Part shown: positions 1 through 13,529 of the stretch, in pieces
How positions within the stretch are numbered: the first letter of the stretch is position 1
Layout of the letters: each line of letters opens with the position of its first letter
NCBI RefSeq assembly: GCF_006345805.1
Contig: NC_043010.1
Coordinates: 3,410,001-3,474,000, forward strand
DNA length: 64,000 bases
Reading direction: 5' to 3'
DNA from: Octopus sinensis
Lineage: Eukaryota
The notes under the pieces: generated by a model
Told to the model about the DNA's origin: nothing
The model's database searches: none
What the model saw: only the letters and a program-made list of their open reading frames with translations
Position numbers and translations under genes: made by a program

Positions 1-3000
1 ATTACAGAATACAGTTTCCTGAGAGAGACGGACGAAAGGAGGAAAGAATGTAATGTAAAAAGTGACATTTGGTTGAAAATAAATGTTTACGAATTAAGAA
101 AAAGAATTGACCAAAGTCAAATGGACAACAGAATGTTGAAGTAAAAAAAAAAGTATTTGAAATCAAAGGTCATAACTGACCAAGACACAAAGGTCATGAG
201 TGACCGAGACACAAACATCAAGAAACTTCTGAGTTACAAAAGCAAAAGCTTTAGGAAGATTAAACGAGTAAAAAAATGAGTTGAGAGAGATCTGAAACTA
301 GTCAGGTTAGTAAAGTGTTGAGTTATTATTTGAATAGCCAATGGTTTTGTATCTGAGAGCTGGTACTTTAGATGTGTTTCTGGCAAAACCACAACGCACT
401 TTTTCTTATATAGTCCTAATATGACTCTTATTGCACAAACCCTAAAAAAAATAAGCAACGACTGTCTTTTAGTTTTGTATTCAGTGTTTTAAGGTTTATA
501 GAGTTTTGTGTGTCTTTCTTATGATTTGATTTGAGAGAGATTTGGCTGGTATGTCTTGCAGGTAGAGTGACCATGTAGAGGCTACATTGTTGTATCCTTT
601 ACATGTTGTTATGTGGACTCAGGCCCACTATGATCAAACAGACTCGTGAGGAAAAGTGTTCCAACCATGATCATCCCATTTTTATTTGTTTTATAGTGAT
701 GCCATTATTGAATTAACCAACAATATCTACAGACTACAAGAAATGACAGCAGCAAAGCAGCTATTCCACTGTAGTTCTTAAACTTCCATCTCTAGTGACA
801 CCATCTTACTAAGATTTGGCTGGAGAATAAATCTTTTGCTGCCACGGGTTTCCAGCTAGATCAGTGTGTTATTTCCAACAAAAGAGTGGTCTGAAAAACA
901 GACATCAAGAGAGCCCCCAAGGAAATACAAAGCAGCTGAAAGCACCTCAAAGTGACTGTGGTTGACCAGAGATTAAATTTGGAACACTTCTTCTAGCAAA
1001 GACTAAATCAGTCCTTGCTGCCTCACTCAGGCAAAACGTACGGGCCATTTGGAGTGAAATGCTTGTGACTTGCTAATGATACAGAAGAGCTTCTGACATT
1101 GCAGTGCAATGCAATGCAATGCTTGCAATAACTTCTGCACTTTCTGTACAGTACAAAGCATCATTGATGTTTATTTCACCTGTACCTTGCTATGTAAAAT
1201 TTGGATGCTCTCTTTAACATATTTATGGTATGGCTAAGTAGTGGATAGAGGACATTCAATGAAATTAAAACTGTGAGTGGGAGGAACCAGCACAGAAGCT
1301 GCTTACAAAACATATTTCAGGGTAATACGTAAAAAGAACAGGCTAAACACAAAAATGTTTACTTGTTAACCCAAAGTTCATTCTATTTGAAGCCAAATAG
1401 AGATTTGAAATGAATCAGATAGAAAAGACAGAACACAAAAATGCTCACTAATTAACCGAGAGTGTACTTTATTTGAATTCAAATACAGACTTGAAATTAA
1501 ATTAGATAAAAAGTTGTTTGAGTTATCAATTGAATGTAAAGAAGAGTAAGTCATTGATAGATAAGATAAAGCATGGTTTTTACATCATGTAGATTTTAAA
1601 ATCTACTGGCTTCATCTTGGATCAAGCCACTTTTATTTTTAATGGCAGCAAGAATAATGGTGATTGTTATCAATACAATGCTAGGTGTGATAAGGAAAGT
1701 AGTAGTGATGCTAGCAGAGGTGGAAATAGTAGTGATATGATATTGATAGGATAGTAAATATGATTTTGTAAAGTAAAAATTTGAATAAAAACACATTAAA
1801 TGCACGAGGAAAGATAAGATGTACTGCTGCTGCAATGTATCAGAATAGTTGCTTTTATGAAATTACAATATCAATGACAATCGCATCGTATCAATGAAGG
1901 AAAAAAATTCAGTTGCAAAGTTTGCAATTGTCCAATAGGAAAAGCAATTCAACCAATGCTTTGTTTGCATTTTGTTTCCATAGAATTTTATATTATTCAT
2001 TCTTGCAATTTTCAAATATTTTAGCCAATATACAAGATGTTTGTTTTTGTTTTTGTTTTGTTTTTTTCCGCTACCGACAACCAATTGGGTTATATCTGTA
2101 ACAAACCATTCAAATATTTTCAGATAATTATTTTTTAATAAAATAGTTTATTTTAGTCTCTCACAAAAATATTTGCAGTTTGAAGGCTTTTTTTATGACT
2201 AGAATTGAAAATTGATTAGCTGGTTGGAATTAGTTGTTTGTGTGATTTCGAAATTTTTTTTCCCCTTTATTTTTAATTTCAGTTGTAAAACTAACAAACA
2301 AACAAACAAAACAAAACAAAAATGATTAAATATGGAGTTGATTTTTTTTTTAAATGTCAATATTAGTAATTACTGTTTCATGTTAAATGTTAGAAATGCC
2401 AAGTGCAGTCTACCATATCATTACCATTTCCTTGTAAGTGCTTAATTCTCATCAGATTCATGACAGTAGGAACCACATATTATTGAATTTTACTTTCCAA
2501 TTCATTCATACAGTGTCCAGCAGGCATTGCTCAATGTAACAAGCATAACCAAAGGACAGACATTACTACGATTTGAAGCAGAACCCATGCAATTACTAAG
2601 AATGACTGCAAGCATTGATCATCAAGAGCATTAGTTCATGCAATGCAGTATTATAAATAACCATTTGCCAGAGGTATCAAAGCAAACTGGTTCAAACTCA
2701 GCTACAATGCAGATGACATCTGTATGAACAATTGATCTGTTTCAAACAACGTTCTCCATCAACACATGAAATATTCAGTATGTTTATGCTGTGTGTGTGT
2801 GTGTGTGTATGTGTGTGTGTGTGTGTGTGGTGTGTGTGTGTGTGTGTGTGGTGTGTGTGTGTAAGAGGGAGGAGAGAAGAGAAATGAGAACAAACAACTG
2901 ACAAGAGTTGCATACACAAATGCATTAGTTTGTGTTGTTAAAATATTAGAGATATTATTTGATCATCATCACAACCACCACCACCACCACCACCACCATC

Positions 3001-4836
3001 ACCACCACCACCACCACCATCACCATCAGCAGCAGCAGCAACACTGTTATTGCCCCATTCACCATCACTGTCATCATCCCCACCATCAGCAGCAAGTGCA
3101 TCATTGTCCTTATTTCTATGTCCACTTTTTTCCATGCTGGCATGGGTGGAGCGAGACTTGCTGAGATAGTATTATAGACTTAGATACCCTTCCTGTCACC
3201 AACCTCAGTTTTACAATAAAAATATTTCCAAGTTTCATGCAAACTGCCAAGTGGGATTTTTTGTTTATGGAGGAAAACAAACATAGACATTCACACTACT
3301 AGCTGAACAGTGTCGATACAGACACATGCACACACACATATACATGCACATACACCCACTCACACATACATATATCCTCACCAGCTTTCTGTCTAGTTTC
3401 AATCAATCAATTCCACTCACATGGAATAGTAAACAACACGTGCTATACACTGAAACAGAATCTAAAATCATGTGATTGGGAATCAAACTTCTTTACTATA
3501 CAGCCATACCTCCTCCCATAATGCATCAACAAATTTAGTGGTAAGCGGATGTTACCCAAACGTGTAATAAATTTGGGTAGTTCTATAGCTGTGGAATTTT
3601 TGTGCTCAAATATAAACTGAGCATGATATGCTTCAATAATTCAACTAACTTCAGTTTTTTCTTTTAAAGAGGTTGATGATTTTATGAGATAATGGGATTA
3701 ATCCACAAAAAAATATTACACAAATAATTTGTTTAGGGATTAATTATGAAGAATTAATTATTGACAACAAAATTCAACATGGTGAGTTAAAATAAAAGAG
3801 TAACCAAATCGTTAAGATTCATGTTCAAGAGTGATGGTATAAAGTTGTTGAGTTTGGCAGATTTTCATCCATTAAAATATGTGATGACTACAGCATTTTA
3901 ATCACTAAGCTATTATTCTATAAAATAAACCCAAAAATAGCCATCAGCAGGTGAACAACTCTATTAACTACATGATGTCGATAAAAAATGGTTTTAGAGA
4001 AGGGCATATCTTTTTTTTGATGGTATTAGTGAAGTAAATGAAGTATCAATAGTTGGGAATTGAACCTGCGACACAAATTCAGTCCTTTAAGAATCTTGTC
4101 TGCAATAAGGTAAACTTTGAAAAAGTTTGTTCATTAGTCTATTAAATCAAGGCTAACCTGTGGTTAAATAGCAACAGCAAAAACAAAACAAAAGAAATTG
4201 AAGGAAATCAAAGACAACTTAACTAAAATTAACTATAATATCTATACCCAAAGTTAACTATATCTATACCCAAAGTTAACTATAATATCTATACCCCAAA
4301 AATATTTTCTTTTTCATTTAATTTTTATTTACAAAAGTATGCAGGTCCACTGTAAGAGGTATAATATTTCTATGGTTGTTAAAAATGTGTGCAAATACAT
4401 TCATTGTCTGGAATATTGGAAAACTGAAATAGAATCAAATATCAAAAAGAATCAAAAATATATTAATTGATGACTCAAACTAATTTTTCAGTTGCATGAT
4501 GATGATGATGATGATGATGATTGTGTTAGAGTCATTGTAGCCATTGCAAAATATGTCATCATCGTTTAGCATTTGTATTCCATGCTGGCATGGGTTGGAC
4601 CGTCCAATAGGATCCACCTAGCCTGAGAGTTGTATTGCTTTATAGTGTCTGCTTCGGCAAGGTTTCTACAGCTGGCTCCTCTTCCTTACTCCAGCCAGCC
4701 ACTTTACACAGTGTACTGAGTATTTCATTTTTTCGCAAAGTGCCAGCACAAGTAACTTGCAAGACAAGAGTCCTTCTCTCAGTGGTGGTGCAATATTGAG
4801 AGAGGTGGCATTGTGCCAGGTAAAGAAAGGCTAAAA

Positions 4837-5201
4837 GGCAGTGAGCTAGCAGAAATGTTAGCATGCCAGGCAAAATGCTTGTTCTGAGTTCAAATTCCGC
4901 CGAGGTCGACTTTGCCTTTCATCCTTTCGGGGTCGATTAAATAAGTACCAGTTACACACTGGGGTCGATGTAATTGACTTAATACTTATGTCTGTCCTTG
5001 TTTGTCCCCTCTGTGTTTAGCCCCTTGTGGGTAATAAAGAAATAGGTATTTCATCTGCTGCTATGTTCTGAGTTCAAATTCCGCCGAGGTCAACTTTGCC
5101 TTTCATCCTTTCGGGGTCGATATAATTGACTTAATCTATTTGTCTGTCCTTATTTGTCCTCTCTGTGTAAACACAGAGAGGACAAACAAGGAAATAGGTA
5201 T
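4837..5201 (+). mobile_element. SINE family B (Meta-domain-like), internally duplicated, with 13-bp TSD
   Basis: GAGTTCAAATTCC B box and GTCGACTTTGCCTTTCATCCTTTCGGGGTCGAT..AAGTACCAG domain present twice; TSD AGAAAGGCTAAAA at 4824-4836 and 5202-5214. Confidence 0.85.
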
Positions 5202-6020
5202 AGAAAGGCTAAAATAGTAGGAAAAAGAGACAGGAACATGGTGTCATGTTATAGAGGATAAAGAAAATACATGGGTACAGCAGGAAAGGGAGAAAAGTTG
5301 GTGGAGACAAGGTATGAAAACGTACCCTCGTGGCCCAAGAAGGTAGATTGGGGCAAAGAATTGAGGATAGCTACGTGAGTAGGGGATGAGGTGAGGTATG
5401 GGGAGAGACAAAAGATGCAGTGGTAGAGACAAAAGTCAGGAGTACATTGGAGTAAATACAGTAAGTTCCAAAAAGAGGTGTCAGTGGCAGAGATGAGTGG
5501 CATTTCATGGGAAATGGACTTCAGTGGACATATATTGTGGTAAGGATGCTGAGAGTGTACGGTTGGTGTGCAAGGGTAGAGTCCTTTATATCTTTTAGAT
5601 GGAGAACAAAAGACTTTAGTAAATAGTTAACATAGAAATATTATAACAAAATATAAATGAAAATTATTATAAAATCTAACAGTATGTGTGAGTGCATAAT
5701 AGTTACAATGATTCTATAATAGTTCTCTCTAATTTTAACACATGGCATGCAATTTTCAGGGAGGGGAAATCAATTGCATTGATCCCAGCATTTGACTGAC
5801 ACTTATTTTATCAACTCCAAAAAGATGAAGGCAAAGTTGACCTCAGCAGAATTTGAACTTAGAGCATAAAAGAGGAACCAGAAGAAATCCTGCTAAGCAT
5901 CTTGTCCTGACCCATTAGTGATTCTGCTTGTTCACCAACTTCACAATAACTCCTTAATAATACAATTGTTTTAATTCCAACACACGATTTAAAATCAAAT
6001 CCATTACTAAACAACTGTAA

Positions 6021-6195
6021 TAGGCGCAGGAGTGGCTGTGTGGTAAGTAGCTTGCTAACCAACCACATGGTTCCGGGTTCAGTCCCACTGTGTGGCATCT
6101 TGGGCAAGTGTCTTCTGCTATAGCCCCGGGCCGACCAATGCCTTGTGAGTGGATTTGGTAGACGGAAACTGAAAGAAGCCTGTCTTATATATGTG

Positions 6196-6226
<31 letters not shown>

Positions 6227-6437
6227 TTGTGTGTCTGTGTTTGTCCCCCTAGCATTGGTTGACAACCGATGCTGGTGTGTTAACGTCCCCGTCACTTAGT
6301 GGTTCGGCAAAAGAGACTGATAGAATAAGTACTGGGCTTACAAAGAATAAGTCCCGGGGTCGATTTGCTCGACTAAAGGCAGTGCTCCAGCATGGCTGCA
6401 GTCAAATGACTGAAACAAGTAAAAGAGTAAAGAGTAA
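6021..6437 (+). mobile_element. tRNA-derived SINE, family A (full length)
   Basis: A box TGGCTGTGTGG, B box GGTTCAGTCC, CORE-like CTTGGGCAAGT, internal (TA)/(TG) tract, GTAAAAGAGTA tail; near-identical copies elsewhere in the window. Confidence 0.9.
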
Positions 6438-7027
6438 CTCAAGAATTATTTCATTTCCTTCATTTCTTTTTTTTTTTAATACAACAAGTATCAGAGACGA
6501 TCCAGACATGCCTCACCCTAATTCTCAGTGGTAGCATAACCTTAGTATAAATTACCGAGATTTTAGTAAACAGATCACTCAGCAAATATACTGACATGTA
6601 TATTTGTTGGCATAGAGATGGAGATTTGCTTAAAGATTAAGCAATTCCGAGACGACATCTGCATGATAAATAATAGTTAAATGGCTTTGATCATATTTAA
6701 TGCTTGGGAGGGACATGGTGTGCTCTCATCTACAATTTCATACAAGTCTCATGATTATAAAAATAATATGGACTGCTAATCAGGTATTACACAGGATTCA
6801 TAATATATTTTTAGATGTAGCTACTTCACCAAATTCCTCTCAAAAGCTATTGAACATTTAACAGCATTAATCCTCCGACATGGATTGAATGTTGCTTAAA
6901 ATAAACATTGAATCTCATTTGTGAATGTTCAACTGTTTGGGAGCATGCATAAAAAGTGTGATGCTGCATGGTAATGAGATATAGATAGCAAATGCAGAAG
7001 ATCTATCGAGACAAAAGAGAGAAGATA

Positions 7028-7870
7028 GCGTGGTGGCAGTGATGGTAGCAGTGGCGGCAATAGTAGCAATGGTAGTGATGGTGACGATGGTGGTGGCGGT
7101 GGTGGTGGTGGTGTGGTGGTGGTGGTGGTTGTGGTGGTGGTGGTGGTGGTGGTGGTAGTGATGGTAGTGATGGTGGTGGTTGTGGTGGTGGTGGTGTTGT
7201 GGTAGTTGTGGTGGTGGTTGTGGTGGTGGTTGTGGTGGTGGTGGTGGTTGGTGGTGGTGGTGGTGGTGGTGGTGGTGGTGGTAGTGATGGTGGTGGTTGT
7301 GGTGGTGGTGGTGGTGGTTGTGGTAGTTGTGGTGGTGGTTGGTGGTGGTTGTGGTGGTGGTGGTGGTTGTGGTGGTGGTGGTGGTGGTGGTGGTGGTGGT
7401 AGTTGTGGTGGTGGTTGTGGTGGTGGTGGTTGTGGTGGTGGTTGTGGTGGTGGTAGGTGGTGGTGGTTGTGGTAGTTGTGGTGGTGGTTGTGGTGGTGGT
7501 TGTGGTGGTGGTTGTGGTGGTGGTTGTGGTGGTGGTGTTGTGGTGGTGGTGGTTGTGGTGGTGGTTGTGGTGGTGGTTGTGGTGGTGGTAGGTGGTGGTT
7601 GTGGTGGTGGTGGTGGTGCTGGTGCTGGTGTGGTGCTAGTGGTGGTGGTAGTGGTGGTGGTGATGATGATGGTGATGGTGATGATGATGATGAGGAGGAG
7701 GAGGAGGGAGAGGAAGAGGAGGCGGAGGAGGGAGAGGAAGAGGAGGCGGAGGGTAATGGTATTTTGGCAGTGGTGGAGGAGGAGGAGGTGGAGGAAGAGG
7801 GTAATGGTATTTTGGCAGAGGAGGAGGAGGAGGTGGAGGAAGAGGGTAATGGTATTTTGGCAGTGGGTGA
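7028..7870. repeat. Large compound (GGT)n/(GAT)n/(GAG)n array with three GAGGGTAATGGTATTTTGGCAG units
   Basis: Directly visible; explains ORFs 6915-7970, 7199-8073 and others. Confidence 0.95.
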
Positions 7871-9419
7871 TAGTAACTACGATGGTGCTTATTAATGCTG
7901 CCTTAATGTTAGATAAGCTCCTTGCAATGTTAACGACCCTAGTCCTTGTCTGTAGTAATAAAACACACAATCAGAACACACACACACACACACCCCAAAG
8001 GAATAAACACACAACACACTATTTAATCTGCATTTGCCCAGTATACAGCTCTATTCTATTATGTGTCTGTTAATGTAAACAATATTTAGCCTTGTTGAGA
8101 AGGTTGCTTTGAGTTGAAACCCAAATTCCCAAATTGATACAAAACGGGTGATCGACAACAGGATTGTCACAATTTCAGTTCTCTTTACCTTCACATCACC
8201 ACCTGAATAATTGAGTCACATGCTCTTTCTCAAAGCAATCCATATATCAAGATTAAGTATATCTATGTAGTAAGAAGTTTACTTCCCAACCATGTGGTCT
8301 CAGGTTCAGTCCCACAGCATAGTATCTTGGACAAATGTCCCCTACAAGAGCTCTGGGCTTACCAAAGCCCTGTGAGTGGATTTGATCTAGAACTAATCCT
8401 TCTGGGTCTCCATCACTGCTCACATTTTCTCTTTCGGTTACTAATCTTAAACAGTTTAAACTGATCATTAGCTTCAGTAATTTCTCTCATCCACTTCTCC
8501 TCTTCTTCTTTGCACAGTCCATCTTCTTCTGACTGATGACTAGAAAAATAGTTCTAAAACCTCAGGTTTTAATAAATATCTTCATCTAATGAATATATTT
8601 CAAATCATTAAAAAATAATGAGATCATTAATCTTTTATATTTTCATTGAGATTCACATTCTTTTGTTTAAATTTTATTTTATTTTATATTTTATTTTACA
8701 TTTGTCTTATCAAATCAAAACCATCTTCTGTTTTTAGACTTTTATTTTTAGTTTCCCCCACGCCTCTACCAAAATAGAAAGAATTATATTATCTTGCGAT
8801 AACTTAAATTTTGTTTTCTCAATCAACTTTCCACCTACACCAACTCTTGTAGTTTCAAATTTTAAGATGTATCTTTATTTGGTAAGTTCTCAGTGGAGTG
8901 CTGGAATGAACTTTTTTCCATATTCCACGTACGATATTTTTACTAACCATAAGCAAATTGGAATTTAGTACTGAATCTGCTCACAACATAATGATTCACA
9001 ATTTTCCAAATGAAGGCAAGGAATTTATTTTCTATTCCCAAAGCAACCATCTATCAGTGATATATGGCTGCTTCTTTATCTGGAGATATTTCTAACTAAA
9101 ACTAACACATTTTCAATCATTTCAACACAACCAATTTGGTAGGATTGTTAGAGTGATTGAGGATAGACTGCCTTATGTTATTTGTTCTGATCCTATGTGC
9201 TCAGAGTTCAAATTGCACCATGGTCAAATCCGTCTTTCATTCTTTCCAAGCCAACAAAAGGTAGTAATTTAGAATAGTGGATTAACAGAACTTGACTGGA
9301 TGTCTTGTGGTCTTTGTTCTAATCCTTCATATTCTGAGTTCAAATCCCACTGTGGTTTGCTTGGGTGGTAGACTTAAACTTTGTCTAGTTTTACACTACC
9401 TCCTAACACCTTAAATGAC

Positions 9420-10480
9420 ATCAATGGAGTCCATTCTGTTGCAAGAAATCAGACCAGGTCTCTGGTTTGAAGATAATTTCTTTCCTTCCTCAACTATAGA
9501 TCTTTCCACCAATTTGACCATGACACATTGGTGCAATAATTTTCTGACTGATAACTCATGCTGGCTGTAAACAAGTGCACCTCTAGATATTTGAGGAGGA
9601 AAACCCCAGAATTTACCAACTTCCTTCACACTACACCTATAAGAAGAATGCTAGTGAATGTGACCTAGGGATTATTGCTAACAATAATCTGTATTAGATG
9701 AATCACATTTCTAAAATAATCAAAAAGTTTGAAGATGTCTATATATCATTCAGTAAGGTGTATGTCAGCTGCTCAGCAATTATCTATTAAAAGCTATATA
9801 TGGCTATGGTATATCCACACTGACAGCTTGCATCTCCACTCTGGAATGCCTTTCTTGTCCAGAATATTGATGTACTTGAAGCTGTCCAGAAACATGCAAC
9901 TAGCTGAATATTCTTCAAAAGCCACTTGCCATATCTTGAACCATGTCTCTAGGTATCAACACATTAAAGCTTTAATGTATAATAGCTACTTGGGAGAAAC
10001 CCACATGGTTATCTGCCATCTTTAAAACAGCAGCTTAAACCACCTTTCGAATCCAATATCTCTACCACCTATAGAAATGCTCATAAAAAAAATTTTTAGA
10101 AAATGCAGAAAGAAAGGAAGAAAAGGTGCAGCACTTAGTATTTTTGGAAACATTTTCTCTTATTCAGAATTGTTGAAGCATGGAATAAACTACTTGCATC
10201 AGTTGTTAGTTCTCAAGACAATGTATCCTTAAAAAGTTTGATGCATCCCAAAATTAGCTAATCCTATTCCTGGTCTATGCACTTATTCCACTTTATGGCT
10301 CTTTTAACATTCACTTTCTGTCTTGTGTTTTATGCTGTGTACTATGCATGTATGTAATTTTGGCTATCCTTTGTCTTTCTTCGTTTGACCATTGTTACTT
10401 TGTGTCCCATTTTTTTTAGCTTTCCAGTAAGTTGTGGTAGACCTAAGCACTACATACAATAAGCTCTGCCACTGTCTTTT
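9420..10480 (+). mobile_element. Decayed CR1/L2-type LINE 3' part
   Basis: Fragments ECDLGII, DVLEAVQKHAT, KHFLLFRIVEAWNKLLASVV; 3' tail related to the copies at 31908 and 60990. Confidence 0.7.
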
Positions 10481-10818
10481 TAAATTCTTCATTTCTCATC
10501 GCATAACAATTATTACCACACAGTATTATACTTTCTAATACTGGTATCCTTGAGAAGTAAGTTTAATATGAAGACTGATATTATCTATCGCTATCGACAT
10601 CAGTGGAGTAAATATGCCTTCTAGTCATATTGAACTGTTGTTTAAATATTGGTGGCTTCACTAACAATATTAATCCTATCGGAAAATTAGCACATTATAT
10701 GCAAATTTTAAATGATTCTAATATTGCAACGTACACTCACATCCACACAGAAACATACACACATATACACAATGCAAACACACACGCACACGCACACACA
10801 CACATGCACACATACAAT

Positions 10819-10871
<53 letters not shown>

Positions 10872-11258
10872 TGCACACATACAATGCACACACACATACA
10901 CACACACACAAACACACACACATGCACATACACAGACAAGACACACTCAGCACATCAATAGTAGTTCCTCCCTGAACACATCCTATTAACCAATCAAAAA
11001 CTCTCTTTTATACTTTATAATTTTTTTTCCAAAATGACTCAGGTTTTCAGCTACACCAATATAAAAATGTTGGTGCTACTTTCTCCTTTCTTACATACTT
11101 GTGCTTCTCTGTATAATAGTTTACATCTATAAACACATGCATAACATACACACACAACTCACACAACCTACACACACATATGCACAGTAAATATATATGT
11201 GCCACACACATAAGGCAACTAGAGACCCTCTACATTGTCATTTGATCTACTACAAATA

Positions 11259-11583
11259 TTTCGATTCCCAGACCGGGCGTTGTGAGTGTTTATTGAGCGA
11301 AAACACCTAAAGCTCCACGAGGCTCCGGCAGGGGATGGTGGTGATCCCTGCTGCACTCTTTCACCACAACTTTCTCTCACTCTTACTTCCTGTTTCTGTT
11401 GTACCTGTATTTCAAGGGGCCAGCCTTGTCACTCTCTGTGTCACGCTGAATATCCCTGAGAACTACGTTAAGGGTGCACGTGTCTGTGGAGTGCTCAGCC
11501 ACTTACACGTTAATTTCACAAGCAGGCTGTTCCATTGATTCGGATCAACCGGAACCCTCATCGTCGTAACCAAAGGAGTGCTT
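11259..11583 (+). mobile_element. Probable SINE (family D), starting at a B box
   Basis: Abrupt GC/CpG-rich 320-bp block beginning TTCGATTCC within AT-rich DNA; single copy in this window. Confidence 0.55.
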
Positions 11584-12420
11584 CCTAAACTACAATTAGC
11601 TGTAAACACATCTTACTATAACAATAATGAAAAGATACAATTATCCAATCTCTGCACAGCTTGGAATTAGTCTTAGGGATTAGTTCCAGTTATGGAACCT
11701 TTCAGAGTTTTACCTTTCATTCATGGTACAGGCACATGTCACAAGCCTATGTCTCTGTGCACAATCCACTAAATTATGGTTGGTGCCAAAAGTAAAAAGG
11801 TTAAATGTGCAATGCCAAAAAAAAAAAGTGTACCAAGATTTGATTTATAACCTACAGTTGCTTGCCCAATCATCTTCAGACACAAATATAAAAGATGAAA
11901 TGAAAATATGTTTTTCTCAGAATCAGTATTTGAGGAGTTTTCAGTATAAATTTACTTAGTACTGATATTATGATTACTATGCAACGAGGAAGCCTCCATG
12001 TAATCACTTAAATTTCAAGAAATAGAGACCAAATTTCTCTCAAATCACACTTTAATATCTTAAAAAGGAATACCTTGGAGAAAGTGGTTCTCTACAGTGC
12101 TCTCTTAAGGTATAGGCACACTGGGCAATTACCAGGGGTCACCATGGTTTTAAAGACCCAGTTCTAATCTATGAGTGCTGTGGTTGTATATTTAGGGCTT
12201 CCACTGCTCTACTTTCTCCAGGGGACTATAAAGCTGTTAACATATCCCTATTTGTGCAGACATTATACATAATAATATGGACAGATTGACCAAATCTGGG
12301 ACATCTTTGATAATAGATTTGATTGCCCAGAGTTTGACTGTGGTGGAACAACAGTAACATTGATTCTACAAGTTAAAAAATTAGGTAAAATTGCATCACA
12401 TAAAATCTAATAGAAGCAAT

Positions 12421-12637
12421 GTTACTAACCTGGCTAAAACCGCCTCTGGCTCTGTGGTAAAATGTCTTGTTTCCATAAGTTTTGAATTAAAATATTCCAC
12501 CGAGCCTGAGTCACAATTTACATTCCTAACACTAGGTTAACGATAACTAAGTTATTTTACTAAATTCTTTGTTATATTTAAAATAATTGAAAGAAACACA
12601 GAGCATATCAAAATAAATACAGTAACGAAAGGGTTAA
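12421..12637. mobile_element. One-ended piggyBac-type MITE (second family); degenerate relative near 46240-46500
   Basis: Ends GTAACGAAAGGG|TTAA; the left end retains only GTTAC of the TIR. Confidence 0.55.
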
Positions 12638-13425
12638 TATTTTTTTATGGTGAATCAAAACCAAACAAAATGGCAAGCTGACTAGGATGTATGAGCAAGT
12701 TACTCAGAACTCATCGTTTGAAGTGAGAAAAACTAACTTAGAAACTAGTTGCAAACATGATAATGGAGGAAAGAGTAAGAATACAAATAGACAACAAAAT
12801 CAATAATCTCATGACCAAATGAAAAACATAACTGAAAAATATTTTTTATTAACATTTTTATCATTTTAAAAAATGTTCAAAGCTTTACTGAATGAAAATT
12901 TAGATAATAAGGTAAATATTAATGCATTTTGTTATGGTCAGAGAGCAGATAAAACACTGTAGAGTGGCACTCCTCTGCAAAAAGAATAATGCCAATCAAT
13001 CAAGTGCAGTGGAGTATAAGAGATTCAGTGCTCTGGAGCAGCTGAAAATGCTGCGATTTGATTGGTCAGTTTGCTAAGTCTTTTAGTATCTTCTAGAACG
13101 AGCTAAGGATATTTGCTACTTGTTTAAATATGCTGTAATATCACTGGGAATGAAACTGCTGAACTTCTGAACTTTTAGAGGCAGAGTAAACTGTAGCAGA
13201 CTTATAGCCTTGTTGTAGTCCAGTATTAGAGAGAATACTGAAAATAAGACACAGTATACAATGATTTCATTATTATTTTATAAAAATACTGAGAGGCTAT
13301 ACTAGAATGTGCTGAGAGACCAGTAATCGTTACAAGATGAAATTTCCACAGTCCAACATCTATATTCTTTTATTTTATCACTGGTTTAAGTCATTGGACT
13401 GCAGCTATGCTTTTAAGGATTTTAA

Positions 13426-13529
13426 CCAATTACACCATTCCCTGTAGTGTGTCAGATACTTATTCTATTGATCTCATATGAGATCAATAAAATAAGTACT
13501 AGACACTCTACAGGAAATGATATAATTGG
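13426..13529. repeat. ~104-bp spacerless imperfect palindrome
   Basis: Centre at 13477/13478 (TATTGATCTCAT|ATGAGATCAATA); arms pair without gaps out to CCAATTA/TAATTGG. Confidence 0.9.

Noticed and set aside
805-915. Minus-strand acceptor (TCTGTTTTTCAG) with donor TTA|GTAAGA
   Set aside because: Stops in all three frames and no independent support
6030-6090. tRNA-like A and B boxes
   Set aside because: Head of a SINE; no complete cloverleaf, so not a tRNA gene
5859-6534. Recurrent ORFs MPKMP.SGTEPGTMWLVSKLL and MTTDAGVFTSPSLSGSAKETDR (also at 22077, 31516, 33496, 49406, 53404)
   Set aside because: Chance frames within SINE family A copies, not a protein family
6915-8073. 351-aa and 248-aa ORFs rich in T/P/H or V/G/W
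   Set aside because: Open frames are expected in stop-free (GGT)n repeats; no domain evidence for a stand-alone gene
8528-8575. CTGACTGATGACTAGAA...TTCTAAAACCTCAGG, hammerhead-like on the plus strand (also weak traces at 25850-25895 and 50045-50070)
   Set aside because: GAAA and GUH core positions are missing or stems fail; too degenerate to call
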